DNA of 64,000 nt from Lepidodermella squamata (Eukaryota; Animalia; Gastrotricha). The stretch covers positions 3,782,001-3,846,000 of the forward strand of contig JBLDXI010000013.1 of NCBI GenBank assembly GCA_047495785.1, written 5' to 3'. The notes under the pieces are model-generated. The model was not told the origin of the DNA, ran no database searches, and worked only from the letters and a program-made list of their open reading frames with translations. Shown here piece by piece: positions 12,545 to 25,657 of this stretch (position 1 is its first letter; each line of letters begins with the position of its first letter). The translations under genes and the position numbers were made by a program.

Positions 12545-15043
12545 ATGGCTGAAAATTTTCACAAGTTCGAAGACATTCTCAGCTTCCAGACTAACTGGAC
12601 GCGCACTGTTGGCGAGGTGTGGGGCCACATATTCACGTGGACCCTCATCACGTCGTTCATAGCGCACGCCATTGCAGCCGGTCTGGCGTTCTACCAACTG
12701 TCGCAGATCAAGTTTGGCAAAATTATTGCGGCGACTATATTTATCATGGGCATAATATCGCCATTGCTGTGCAGCTCCGTCACATGTAAGCGGAAAAATG
12801 GTTTTTTTGTGACAACAGAAATTCGCGAACCTCGAAAAAGGCTAAAAGAAGCGTGAAAAACTTGAAGAAAAAATCTGAAAAACTTGATTTTGAAATGAAA
12901 ATCAATTAAAACTGTAGAGTTGCTACTTGAGGAAGAGACATATAGTGTGTTCCCTGAGTAACGTAACCTTTAGAAATGCACGGAACAGTGATCAAAATGT
13001 CGAATTTGAGAAGCGATGGTTTATCGGTTCTACGACATTTTGCCAACGACAACTCAGCCAACATTTTATTTTATATTTTAGCTAAATGGAAAAAAAATTC
13101 AGCCAAAATTAATTAAGGTTGTGTGCGAAAAGAGCGAGCGAATTATGAGCAATGAGTAATGAGCAAAGCGAGATGAGAACAACGAGCTGGGAGCAGAGCG
13201 GCGAAAGAGCAATTATTAATGATAAATCAAGAAAAATAGTGGCATGCGATATCTTATTTTTCGCTTAAAACAGACAAATGGCAGTCGCACATCAGATGCC
13301 ACAATAAAAAACAATTTGATTCTTCGACTCGTATATCGCACCGTTTGCAGGTTGGGTAAACATAGGCATCCAGCCCAAACGTAGAGTCCGTTCGTATGAG
13401 TAACAGCAGTTCTCTGAAGCCGATTCCGCTGTTCTAGCTTGCCTGCAGTTTCTGGAGTTAGCTTCCATGACCTCGGTACACATGGGGATTGTCTCCTTAG
13501 CTGCCCTTGTCAGGGAGTCTAAAATCGCGTTGACATAATCATCCAAAGAGCTAACAGGGTCGCCCGGTTTTGGTTTCAGCGGTGTAGCAAGAGTCTCGAG
13601 ATAGAATTTCAGCCGAGCTTCAAATTGCTTCCAGCTCGCTTTGTAGTAATTCAGAAGAGGTAGGGCGTGGAGTATCGAGTGAGCTTGAAAATTTTGCTTC
13701 TAGCCGAGTGCGGCAGTGATCGCTACCGAATTTAACTTCGACCGTCGGTGCGTCTAAGACCATCGGAAGAGCGGCTTGGTTTGCAAGCCAAATGTCGATT
13801 TGACGACCACGGCATGCATGGGACAAATGTGTTGGCTCGCCCGAACTGATTAGAGTGTGACCCTCGCCAGCTATCCATTCGACTAATCGAGTGTCTGAAG
13901 GATTTTCCCGGTCGTCCGGGGCCGAAAGCTGAGGGTGCCAGCAATTCAAGTCGCCTGCGAAGAGACAGGGCTCATTTGCGTCCGTGACTCCACCCAGAAT
14001 TGACAAACTTCGTCGTCACCGCCATCGCCGGGTATATCTCCAGTCTCGTAGTTCGGGCCGAGCCTCTGAAAGGCCGAAGCGATCGGTTGTAATTATTCTA
14101 AATCGAATCAACGATTCAGCGCGGCTTGTAGTACTAGGTTGAACAGCTCATTGTCTAGCCTTAATAATCGGCGTTAGGATTTCGCAAGGCAATTGTTGCA
14201 GGCGATAAAGAAAGGACTCAGGTCGCTAATCGATGAATCGCACCCTTGTTATGAACGACTGGAGTGGAGGGGCAAATGATACCCCCAGAGTTTGCCTCGA
14301 ACCATGGTGGAATCTAGTATGAAATTAAATCAGAATTTCATCTCGCGTTGAAAACAATCAATGGTTTTTACCCTTCAAGACTGCCGTCTGAGCGCGGCAA
14401 GCCATTTCGAGTTCTATCAAACTGCGACCATTCAATTGGCGGGTAGCGAGGCTGGTGATGATCACCCAAGTCATCGGTGTAGCCAATGTATGTTTTTCTA
14501 AAGCAGAAGAAGAGCTCTTTCAAAGAGCGGCTGGGTGAGGCGCACGATTTGGACAAAAAGCGTGCCAGCAACCCCGGGAGGGAATGCACCTAGTCGCTTC
14601 AACGATATTAAAAGTGTTTGGCTGAGTTGTCGTTGGCTGAAATGTCGCATTACGGGTATCCCATGGTCATCAGAAAGTAAATTAGCTACGAAACTTGACA
14701 ATATGAATACAAAATTCGAAGAAATTCAATCCAAACGGCAAAAACACCGATAAATACTAAACCAATGACAATCGGGTATTTCCGGGTTTTATTCAAAAAT
14801 TCTCTCTGAAATTTCAATATCTGAAAAATATATGAATTGTAGGTAAAATTTGCCATTTTTGGGGCACCCCTGAATTACTTTCGAATTAATTTAATTTAAT
14901 TTTTTTCAGGTGCTGTAATAGCCGCTGTAATATCTGCTGCTGGATTGTTGCCGTTTTCGCCGTTTTTGACTCTGCTCATCGGCACTTTTCTCACTACGGC
15001 TCTAATAATTATAGCGACGACTCGGCTGCCAGCAACTTTATGA
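12545..15043 (+). CDS. TMEM170: Transmembrane protein 170 (exons 12545..12785, 14910..15043)
   Basis: EVWGHIFTWTL...AGLAF, MGIISPL..S.VT.AVIAAV and the C-terminus TRLPATL* resemble TMEM170. A 2.1 kb GT-AG intron (12786..14909) is in phase. Confidence 0.88.
13292..14700 (-). mobile_element. Decayed non-LTR retrotransposon (LINE) fragment with APE endonuclease remnants, inside the TMEM170 intron
   Basis: GDLNCWH, EPTH, IDIWL and GSDH motifs of APE endonucleases at 13620..14006, plus an upstream VFNAR remnant. Many stops and frameshifts; no intact RT. Boundaries approximate. Confidence 0.75.
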
Positions 15044-15371
15044 TAGTTATAAACGGTGATTTTTTGTTACTAATCAGTATTTAATTCTTCCATGTTTTGT
15101 TCGCTTTTTTAACATTATGTCAACTGAATAAAAATCAAATTTTGCGAAAAATAATTTTTTTTTATTTCAAGAGGGAAAATCTCAGCGCTATATAAAAATA
15201 ACAATCACGTTATGGTAATGATGTTCATCATGGAATGCAAGTGAGAAGAAAGAAGTTCAACTACAGGCGCAAAATATTCTAGATTTTGTCCGATATATAA
15301 AAAATATGTCTTGGTGATCATCCATGAGAAAGAACGTTTGTAACAGCATGTTTCCATTAATAATCGCCGTG

Positions 15372-16983
15372 TCAAGGCTTGCTTAGTCGCGAGTTGTTAG
15401 GCCGCAGGCTGCTCCGCGGTCTCGTCGGACTTCGGGCTCGAGATGGCGATTTCGGCCGGCCGCTGCTTGGCCGAATAACCACAGCTGATTGGGGACGCCA
15501 ATTCAACTGACTCTTCGTCACCCGGAAGTTGAAATCGTTCGAATCGTTGGCTGTGTTCATGAAAATAATGAAAAGCTCAATAAATTCAAAAAAATATTTC
15601 TGGTACTACATTTGGGGTTCCAGCCTCTAGATTACTATGGGTTTCGAGTCATCCCTAGAATCTAAATTTTTGTTATAATAAAAAATTTGCTCACCTGTCT
15701 CGGAATAAGCAGGCGGTAGATTTGTCCCATCCATTTGATTGTCCGGAATCGCCTTATTATCGATTTCTTGCTGAGTAATAAATGTAGTCGATTTTTGAGC
15801 ATCGTAGTCTTCAACCTGAACCGCAGGAATCTCCTCTTTCGGTAGCTCAACTTTCACAACTTGGGGTGGTTTCGGAGCCGGGGGTGTCCCAGGCGGTGGT
15901 CGGAGAGCCCAGTACAAATCTATGAAGTCTACGACATGCAGCGGCTTCGATTTGTACCTATACCGCATGCCGAAGCGTTCCTGAAGCGTATTTTCCACCT
16001 GTGTCAGCGTAATATTGAACCCTAAAGCTTTAAAAGCCGCGGGTATTTCGACTTGGTCCACTGTTCCGCCGATGGCTCGTCGCCTGAACTCGGTCGCAAC
16101 TGCTAGCTTTGTGTCGAGATATCCGATGAATGACTCCAGCGTGAAACTAATCGAAGGCCTAGAAATTCGTCTTGGGTATTTTTCATTTTTCTGAGCAACT
16201 TCAAGCCGGTGTATAACTATTCGCTCCATGATTCGCCGATACAATTTTGCTTCGTTCGGCCAATGAACAGGTTGAGATTCACTTTCCTTACTAATCATTC
16301 CTTTCAAAATACCGGCGATTTGAGTCATAAGTGATTTGATTCGAGCGACTTGGCGCCGAACGTGGAAGCCTCGATAGACGCGTTGGATTAAGGTGGCTGC
16401 TTTTCTCCGCTTATCGGCTATTTCAAACACTGAATCCGGGTTATCGGCCAAACCAGCGCGGAAAATTGGCACTGAGGGTCCAACGCTTTCAAGCCTCTTC
16501 GCCAACTTTTCGGGCCGTTTTTCGTTTTCGGCTTCAACGGCGTTCATTCTTTCGAGCTCTTTTTGTAGCGTTCGCGAAAATTCCATAGCCGAGTCGACTT
16601 GACCAACCAGTGCGAGAATATCTGAGCCATAGGATCCCAAACCTGGCGAAGGAGCTGAAAAAATTAAGAAACGTAAAATAGGAATTTCTTTAATATTTCC
16701 AACTAACCACTGCGCCTGCCATTTCGCGACTCAGATCGGGCATAATCTGAATAAATGTCAAAATTATCGTTTTCTTCTGATAGCTCATCGTCATTTTTCT
16801 TCGTGGCCGATGCGCAGAATGAAAAGAAGGTCGGCGTTGTTGGTGGACCCATAGGACCTCGTTGGGATGAGGCGCTCATTTGCCGCAACATTTTGAAGTG
16901 ATCTCGCATTGAGTACCGGTATCCAGATGGTTTCCCCCGGCTTCGGAGAAGAAATTTGACTCGCAAAACATCTTTCAAATCGT
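15372..16983 (-). CDS. Uncharacterised IQ-motif (calmodulin-binding) protein with a possible degenerate EF-hand region; 5' end uncertain
   Basis: KAATLIQRVYRGFHVRRQV is a canonical IQ motif. Three ORF segments join in phase through short GT-AG introns. Confidence 0.65.
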
Positions 16984-17496
16984 CTGTTTCAAGGAAAACA
17001 GTGAAATTAAAATTAATTTTGAATTCTGAAATTTTTCGAAATTGTCATATTAAAACTAAATATTATTTTAAACATTTCAATTGAGGCTCTGAAGCGTCTT
17101 GGCACAGCATAAGCTATTTCGAAGTTTTCTTTGTTGGCCACTCGGGCATTTGAAGAATTTAGGTACGATGTTGGCTTACTGTAAAGCTGATGTCGGAAAA
17201 ATTAATAATTTTTTAAGTCCATATCGAGAAACGCATTGCTGGAAAATGCGTAAGGTCCATTTTTCGTTTGCCACCAGTCATGCATGTCTTGTAATCTAGA
17301 AATAATTTTTTTCTTGGCAAAAACACCTAGTGCGTAAACAATTATCAATAATAGTACCAGGTACGTGTAGTAGTAGTATCGCGCAAAAAACGTAGCAATG
17401 AATAGAATGCAGAAAACTACGACACTACAAAAAATAACCCTGACGCCAAGCAGGAGCATTTTTTGTCCAGGAGCGGAGCAAAACACACTTTTGGTG

Positions 17497-17503
17497 TATA
17501 AAA
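17497..17503 (+). promoter_or_regulatory. TATA box of the P450 gene
   Basis: TATAAAA lies about 70 bp upstream of the P450 ATG. Confidence 0.4.
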
Positions 17504-17572
17504 AGGCAGGGTGTTTGAAAGAAAAACCAGTATACTTTTACACACATCAGATTTTCTACAGTAATCATAAAA

Positions 17573-19226
17573 ATGTGGTTCTTGGCTATAATACCCGCCG
17601 CAATTTTTCTCTATGGCTCCTATCGTTATCTCCTCGACAAGAGATTCAAGCTGCCTCCAGGGCCGATGCCTGTACCCTTCCTCGGTACCGCCCTACATTT
17701 CCCAAACGCGACCGATGCGAAGGCGAAAAAAATGTGGGAGTTTCTCCGCGATCTAGGCAATCAGTACGGCCCTATCGCTACGCTCTACTTGGGCCAGTTC
17801 CGCACGATCGTCCTCAACGATGTCGAGCTTATTCGCGAAGCCATGGTGAATCAGTCCAAGGTTTTTAGCTCTAGGCCGACGGAATATTTTCCATCACTGG
17901 GACCGGTTCGCAACGGCGTCCTGTCAACAAGCAATGACCAGTGGCGAAGGCACCGTCGTTTCGGCCTGAAAGCTATGCGAGATTTTGGTAATAAATAACT
18001 CAAAAGACAAATTTCATTGCTATAACAATATTTCCTTAAAATAGGAATGGGAAAGGATGCCATGGTGACGAAAATTTTGTTTGAAGTCGAACAGCTCCTT
18101 GATGAGATGTCGAAGCATGTCAACAAGCCGTTTGACCCCCGAGAGCTTATCGCCAATGCCATTTCAAATGTTGTCTGTGAATTTGTTTTCGGAAGAAGGT
18201 TAGAAAACATTTCATCAGCTCCGCAGCAGCTTATTAATTGTCCTTTCTTTCTACCAATTTTTAGGTTTGAGTATGGTGACCCGATGTTCCAGAAGCTGTT
18301 ACACAACATAGCTGAACTCGTGAAAAATCTGAATGGTGAACGGGTCACATATTTTGCGTTTCCAATCCTCGAAAATTTTGCTCAACCTCGCGAAGTAAGT
18401 TATTCTTGATTTTCAAGTTACACGGTTAATATTAATTATACACCTACAGACTATAGTTCACTTGGAAATTGTCGGATATGTTGAAAAGATGTTGATCGAA
18501 GCGATTGATGATCATAAAAGAGATTACGACGAAGAAAATATTCGCGATTTCCCCGATTTGTTCATCCAAATGGAGCGTGATCCCAACGGTGATAAAATGT
18601 CTATTCGTGACTTCACATTCGTCATGGTCGACATGTTCATCGCTGGTACCGAAACAACGGCAACGGCGCTCAGCTGGACCCTTCTTCACCTGGCGACAAA
18701 CCCGGATATCCAACAGAAATGCCACGATTGCATTGACGCGCTTTACGACACAGATCGACAGCCTAGCCTGGCTGATCGGCCTAAGTTGATCTACCTGGAT
18801 GCCATCATGAACGAAATACTCCGTAAAGTTACAGTCGCCCCTGTTGCGATCTTTCATTCGAACCTCGATAACCACGCACAAATTGCCGGATACGACGTGC
18901 CACCGAATACAACAGTCATCTACAATATCTCCGCAGTCCACCATGACGCTAAATACTGGAAAAATCCTGACGTATTTCAGCCGGAACGCTGGATAGATGA
19001 AAGCAACGGCAAGCTGCTGAGCCATTCGTCGCACTACATGCCCTTTGGCATTGGACCCCGCATCTGCTTGGGCGAATCATTGGCACGAGTCGAGTATTTC
19101 CTGTTCTTGACATCCATTTTGCGCAAATTTTCGTTCCGATTGTCGAAGCCGGTGAATTTCGACGAATATTTGTCCGGGATAATTAACCTGTCGCCGTCGT
19201 ATGAAATTTTAATTCAGTCGCGTTGA
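17573..19226 (+). CDS. Cytochrome P450, CYP2 clan (exons 17573..17987, 18045..18198, 18265..18394, 18450..19226)
   Basis: N-terminal anchor plus PPGPMP, WRRHRRF, AGTETT (I-helix), EILR, PERW and heme motif PFGIGPRICLG. Three in-phase short introns. Confidence 0.95.
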
Positions 19227-19384
19227 GCCAACTAACTACTTATTTTTTTAACTAAAAACTACACAACCTCATATACTTTTTTAATTATGGTGTATGCCAT
19301 AGCTTTAAAGAGCTGCTGATAATCCAATAAAACATTAAACTTGAAATTGTTGGGTTATACTGGTTTAGAATTAATAGGAATCCT

Positions 19385-21995
19385 TTACGGTGTAAAGCGC
19401 GGATTTTGATCCTTGAAAATACCCTCTAGCATTTTCACGGACAAAGATATGGACTTCATAACATTCGGTTTTGGAATTACACCTTTGTTAGAGATGTAGA
19501 AACGCATGCTAATTCGCAATTTCATTATCAATTATTCCACATTTTGGAACTTCGCTGGGGACGGAATCTACTTAAATTCTCGCTTTCGCCATTGTTCAAG
19601 TTAGGTATATACGCGAAATTACGACAAGTAAAATTAAAACCAAATTTTGATGATAACTTACGTTCGGGATTAGTGGTTTCTTGCTCGGTTTTGAATCCAG
19701 CCGACTCACGTGAGGCCTGATGAAACTGAACCCTCTGTTTATGCATGCGAGCCGCCGTTGACGAAGAGTGTTGCGGCGGTCGCGACAAAATCGGTGGCGC
19801 CGATCCCACCCTCATCTTTGCCGGTGACTGCAAATAATTTCTAGGCTCCTGATAATACGTCTGTTCGTGCTGCGGCGGTGGTGGTGGTGGCAGTGGGGTG
19901 CTGCGAACGTTGATAACTTCCTCACTACCAGGTCCGAACGGCATTGCGGGTGGCTGACTGGCAACGGACGATTCTTCGTCATTGCCACGCCCCTTCGACC
20001 TGGCACTATGCGGTACGATTAACAAAGAACCAGCTCGGCGCATATCGACTGCTGCCATTGATTGGCGAGGAGTTGAAGGCGGGGCGTTTGATGAGGCCAT
20101 CATCGGCGGCACTGCCACTATCGTAGAGTTCGGCTCAATAGGAATGACTGGCTGGCGAAAGCCGCGACTTGGAGTTGCGGCTATCCTTTCACGGCGTTGC
20201 TCCAGGTCGGACGCAACTCGATCGACTAATGACGGGTCAATGGCTGATCTGCAGCGAGGGATGACGTCATCGCCTCGTTCACTATCAGCCTGTTCTGCCT
20301 CGCTTTGTTCGATTACGAGTTGCCGAATTCCGCCTAACAACGACGCTTCAGGTTTCTCGCCGCCGCTGTGAGCCGTGTAGCGATGTGCGAATGGCAATCC
20401 CCTGCGATTTGCGAATTCTAACTGAGCAAGAACATCCTCATCGGGAAAAACGCGCTTCATCACCGTATCCAGATAAGCCATGGAAGAAGTTGCGGCTATG
20501 AAAACAAATGACCCGATATTTCCAAGATTTTGACCTAGAAAATTTCTTACACATCGGGCGATGTCTAGACAACGGAATAGTCATAGGCGCCGGTGAAACA
20601 CTAGGTTTCAGGCTTGATGGCACTGTAATGATATCCCTCGGGGCAGTTTTAGACCTGATCATTGTTTGGTTTTGCTGCTGCTCGAAAAGCGGCTTAGGTT
20701 TAGCTGGCTGCACGTCGTTAGATTTGATTATATCGGCTGAAATAGCTGTTTGCTTTTGCAAGTTAGCGGGAAAAATGTACTTTGAGTCCAGCAAGCTATT
20801 GAATAAGCCTGGAAGTTGATTAGCAAACCATAGCTGAATTTGCTGGAGTTTAGAGCGGCTGCGTTCACGCGTTCTGCAATTAAATAAATATATATAAGCG
20901 GAAAGGAAAATAAACTCGAACCGATACGCTATAGATCACACACTGCACGTCACGCAGCCAAGGAGACAAATTAACTAAAGAATTCCAAGCTTTACTATTG
21001 TGCAATTCACCGGCGCAAGTTCGCTCGTATCAGAATCGACCTTGCCGCTGTGTTGGTCAATAACGAAGCGGAAGTTTTTAAACCATCGCATAAGCTTGGG
21101 GGTGCGTGCTTTGCGCTTATGGATTTTTTGGGCTTTTAGCTCAAAGCGCATGGGTTTTTCTGTAAATAATTAATGAGTCTGGCGCCTGAATGGGTGTGAC
21201 TTGAACTGAATGAAATCTAATCACCCAGTATCATTATTTCCCATCATTATGTTACAACTGTCAATAATCACCAACAATGTTTTCCTGGACTAAAAGTAGA
21301 CAATCCGATTGCCCTATTTTTCTTCGATATTTCTTCAGCTTTGCAATTACCACAGGTGCAACTTGCTAACATCAATTCCGCAGGCAGCAGGCAACAGATA
21401 AATGCTAAGGTTTGCAGTGGTTGTTAACAGGGGTAGGTATGCAAAAGAACGGTTCGTCAAGAAAACAATGCTGTTGTTGTTAAAATATCATTTTTATTTT
21501 TGAGCAAGTGTAAATTTAAAAAGCATCGTTAATAGCACTAAAATCACATCATACCATACAAAACGGTTAAAGGGTCTAATATTAGTATGACTATAAACTT
21601 CATAACATGGTGATCATTTCCACAAACCGGCTGACTTCCACAAGCATGTGCGATAGTAGAACGTAAACCGATGTCAATGACGCCTCCACCTTAGGCTCAT
21701 CGTTCGAAAAATAGCGCCTTAATTCAGAGTTTAATCGCATTTTTAAAAGGAAAATCAGCAGCTCCTACTTCAGTGAAGGCCGCGGAACGCCGGCTTTAGA
21801 TGCGTCGCAGTGATCCTTCATCAGCTCGAAAAGTTTGCGAAATCCGATATCTGAAGACAGCTGAATGAACAACGAATGAACAACGAATAATTAATCGGTA
21901 TATGGTTATCAGATCATGCTGCTTACCGGAGAATGCTTCAGCTTCGATAAATTCTCCTTTAGAAGGACCAGATTTTTGTAATCTTCGGCGTTCAT
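19385..21995 (-). CDS. Uncharacterised multi-exon protein (Pro/Ser/Gln-rich C-terminal half)
   Basis: ATG at 21995 (MNAEDYKNLVLLKENLSKLKHSP) followed by several small exons with GT-AG boundaries, then ORFs 20438..20794 and 19528..20481. No recognisable domain; exon chain only partly resolved. Confidence 0.55.
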
Positions 21996-23034
21996 TTTGG
22001 AAGAAGTAAACGCCTAATCAAATTTAGACAAGAAATGATTCATTCATTCGTAGCTACGTGGCGGCGACATCGCAACGCAAAGCCTATAACTTTTAAAATT
22101 GAAGTGTACTCACAAATAGGCAATGATAAATTAACAGCTGTTAAAAAGCTTCCAAATACCAATCTGAAGAAAAGTGTATTTCGACGGCTGTATTTTAAGT
22201 TTTCAAATCTCGATCAGCGATGCTAAATCTAACGGAACCTTCTAAATGTTAGTACCTGTCACTCAGTGGGCATAGTGGTTAACTGCTCACTACGCCACGT
22301 CGACGATATAGCAGAGTTTACATGTAATTAGCTAGCAAGATTGACCTATTAAGCTAAAATTCCAGCGGTAAATAAAGTAGCTATCTATTCCGGCTATGCT
22401 TTACTAAATGATAGGTTGATCTGCAAGAGACCTACTAAGCCCATTTGCTCCAAACTGTTAGTTCTGCGTTCTGCAACGTTCAACCGGGATTCGAGACAGC
22501 CTGGGTCGTGAAATCCCCAATTAGCTCACTTTGAAACTAAAACATCATCATCATTTTATTGAAAAACATGGTAACAGTTCCTGAATTTTGAACGGGTGTA
22601 ATTATCGTGCAAGGCTTCTTTCGACTACAAGATGAAATTTAAAAAGCACACGTATCTCTGACAATTTTCCAGCAATTACTACTGCTAACTGCGCCTCCTT
22701 AATTTGGCACATGATAGGATCCCTTAGGGCAGCCCTAGCAACTGCGTGCAACTGCTAGGCACGCTACTTCGACAGCTAATTTCATTTACTCATTTATATG
22801 TTTTATATAGCTTTTTCTACTATTTAAGCAATAATTGCAAAATTAAACCCGCGAAAAAATCAGCGATGAATCGTTTTGAGGGCGGAACCTCAGGTTTTTT
22901 CACCTTTGGGCTTTCTACGTTCTACGCAGCTTGATTCTCGACTCAGTCCTTTCTCGGATTCGTGCATAGAAGCGCCGATAAGTTTTTGCTCAATTTTAAG
23001 CAATTCGTTTTTCTTGTTAGAAGCTATTTTTGAC

Positions 23035-24192
23035 ATGGCAATGCACGCATTTTTTGCGAAACGCGGTGGCACAGCTCCGACGGATACTTCCGGGCTTCAA
23101 AGCGATGATCCGTTGAAGATCATGGCTGCTCAGCGTAAGGCCGCACCTGCCAAACCTCTTCCATGGGTTGAAAAACACAGACCTAAGACTATTGATGATG
23201 TTGTTGGCCAGGAAGAAGCTGTTTCTATGTTGAGGCAGTGTGCAGCTAAACCTATTGAGCTTCCGAACTTGCTCTTCTATGGTCCTCCTGGTACGGGTAA
23301 AACCAGTGCTGCTCTCGCTCTTGCCAAGAAGTTATTTCATGCCTCTGAGAATCCTGCTTGGCGTGACCGCGTTCTCGAGCTGAATGCATCCGATGAGCGT
23401 GGCATTCAAGTTGTGAGAGACAAGATCCGTCGGTTTGCTGAACTCTCTACTCCAGCTCATGGAAACATTCCTGCCCTTCGAATTATAATTTTGGATGAAG
23501 CTGACGCTATTACTACTGCTGCACAGTCCGCCTTGCGTCGAGTTATGGAACGTGAAGCTGCTAGAACTCGCTTCTTTTTAATTTGTAATTATCGAAGCAG
23601 AATTATTGCTCCCATTGCCTCGCGTTGCGCTTCTTTCCGATTCAAGGCTCTCGATCCAGACTCAACCGTCTCACTTCTGAAAACGATTTGTAAGGAGGAA
23701 GGCGTGAAATTTGAAGGCGACGATAAAATGGAGTCTTCTGATCCTGAGAAAGACGTCACTGATGACGCTGCGCATCGGCTCTTATCTGGCCTTGTCGAAG
23801 CTTGTGAAGGTGATCTGCGTCGAGCTGTTGCTTACCTGCAGTCTTCATGGCGTTTGCGTAACCCGCAGCCACTAAAGATCTCTGACTTACAAGATCTCGT
23901 TGGTCTCGTACCACCTGAGTTGATTGAGCAATTTATCAAAACAGCCTCAACAGGATCTTTTGACGACATGCAAAGCTCAGTCAAGAATTTGCTCACCTTG
24001 GGTTACTCAGGTGGTCAGTTTATCAGTCAACTGCATGACTCGATTGTTGCTAACGAGTTCTTGACTGATAAGCAGAAGGCCGCTATTTGCTCAATCATTG
24101 CCGAGGCTGACGGACGTTTAGCCGATGGTGCTGATGACTACTTGGAACTGATGGATGTTGGTTGTGTCGTATCAGCAGAATTGCGTCAGTGA
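23035..24192 (+). CDS. RFC4: Replication factor C subunit 4, intronless
   Basis: PWVEKHRPK, LLFYGPPGTGKTS (Walker A), LELNASDERGIQVVR, IILDEAD, SRC motif, and an N-terminal MHAFF typical of RFC4. Confidence 0.92.
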   Translation: MAMHAFFAKRGGTAPTDTSGLQSDDPLKIMAAQRKAAPAKPLPWVEKHRPKTIDDVVGQEEAVSMLRQCAAKPIELPNLLFYGPPGTGKTSAALALAKKLFHASENPAWRDRVLELNASDERGIQVVRDKIRRFAELSTPAHGNIPALRIIILDEADAITTAAQSALRRVMEREAARTRFFLICNYRSRIIAPIASRCASFRFKALDPDSTVSLLKTICKEEGVKFEGDDKMESSDPEKDVTDDAAHRLLSGLVEACEGDLRRAVAYLQSSWRLRNPQPLKISDLQDLVGLVPPELIEQFIKTASTGSFDDMQSSVKNLLTLGYSGGQFISQLHDSIVANEFLTDKQKAAICSIIAEADGRLADGADDYLELMDVGCVVSAELRQ

Positions 24193-24338
24193 AAACTGTT
24201 TCCTTCACACTTGACCTTGGAATCTCTGAACTGAAGCCATTTCTTTTACGTCATTTTTTCTCGAAATTTCAAAGTTAACTGCCCGGTGATTAATTTTTTC
24301 TCCCTTTGTTAGAAAATTTATTGCAAAAATAACTGGAA

Positions 24339-25055
24339 ATGGCTGGAATGGAAAGTGAGTAATATAATCTGATTGATTGATTGAGATAAAAAGATATATA
24401 ATAGATACTCTATTTCAACTGAAATTTACCGGAAAGCAGTTGGATAAATTGTCCCAAAAAGCTGAAAAGGAGCATACTGTGCAAAAAGCGAAAGTGAAGA
24501 AGGCTCTCGAGCAGAAAAACGTTGAAGCTGCACGAATTTACGCCGAAAACGCTATTCGAAAACGAAATGAGTCGCTGAATTATATGCGCATGTCTTCCCG
24601 TCTCGATGCCGTTCAAAATCGCGTCCAATCTGCTGTAACCATGCGGTCAGTTGTCAAGGATATTGGCGTACTCACTAAAGGCCTCGAACGCGCGATGGAA
24701 TCGATGAAACTCGAGGAAGTCGAGAAAATTATGTCTAAATTTGAGGCGCAATTCGATAACCTATCTGTTATGACTGGGGTAAGATTTTATAATTTTTCCC
24801 CTCTGTTTTTGTTATTTCAATGTTCAATTTCAGACTATGGATAGTGCAATGGCTAATAGCATGGCTCTTTCAGCGCCAACTGCTGACGTTGACGGTCTAA
24901 TGAAACAAATCGCCGATGAAGCTGGTCTCGATATTGCTGCCCAAATGGCTGCGGCGCCAGCTGCTGTCAGTGCCTCTGCCTCGGCCGCCCCTGCCAATGC
25001 CGACGAAGCCCGCGAACGCGACTTGTCGGATCGCCTGCAACAACTGCGGGGTTGA
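24339..25055 (+). CDS. CHMP1A: Charged multivesicular body protein 1A (ESCRT-III); exons 24339..24354, 24405..24778, 24834..25055
   Basis: TLFQLKFT.KQL..L..KAEK......KVKKAL.QKNVE.ARIYAENAIRK and the C-terminal MIM DLSDRLQQLR. Confidence 0.92.
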
Positions 25056-25630
25056 ACTAGTTCATCAGATAATTATTTCTATTTTTGTGTTTGATAGTTG
25101 AAAATACATCCGTATAATAAGTGTTTGAATATGAAAATAAAGAGCTTGCTAAATGCTTTTTTTCTGTGCTTGTACATACCACGTCAGATTTCTTATAAAA
25201 TTATTGCTTTCTATACCTTCCTGGTGAACGAACGAAAGAGAAATATTCAAAGCCGAAAATGATAAAATAAATTTAAAATGAGTTCGAGCCGAGTTTTTTT
25301 GCTGTCATCATTAGTGTTAGCTTGAGCCGCTCGTCTATGGGCAGGACATCGAGCGTATGGGAGGTGCAGGGCTATCAAATTTCGCAGATATTCTTATAAC
25401 CGGTAACCGCTGTTCGAACTCGGTCTGTAGCAGATAGCTTGCGCATGGATGACCCGCGAAGCAAATGGGCATTTTTTAAAAATATGGCATTTGTAAACAT
25501 GTGTATATGGTCTGAATCGTTGGTGTTATCGAATGCGACCCAGCATGGGGTGACTGGGAGCAGTGGGGTCACTGTTACATGCCAAAAGGCGGTGACTTGA
25601 GCATATCAAATATCGAAAGAGATAAGTATA

Positions 25631-25657
25631 GTGAGTTGAGTGAGTTGAGTGAGTTGA
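25631..25657 (+). repeat. Short tandem repeat (GTGAGTTGA)x3
   Basis: Three exact 9-bp copies. Confidence 0.85.

Noticed and set aside
22260-22510. tRNA/SINE-like A-box (GGGCATAGTGGTTAA) and B-box-like (TCGAATCCCGG) fragments
   Set aside because: The motifs are on opposite strands and too far apart, and no cloverleaf can be folded.
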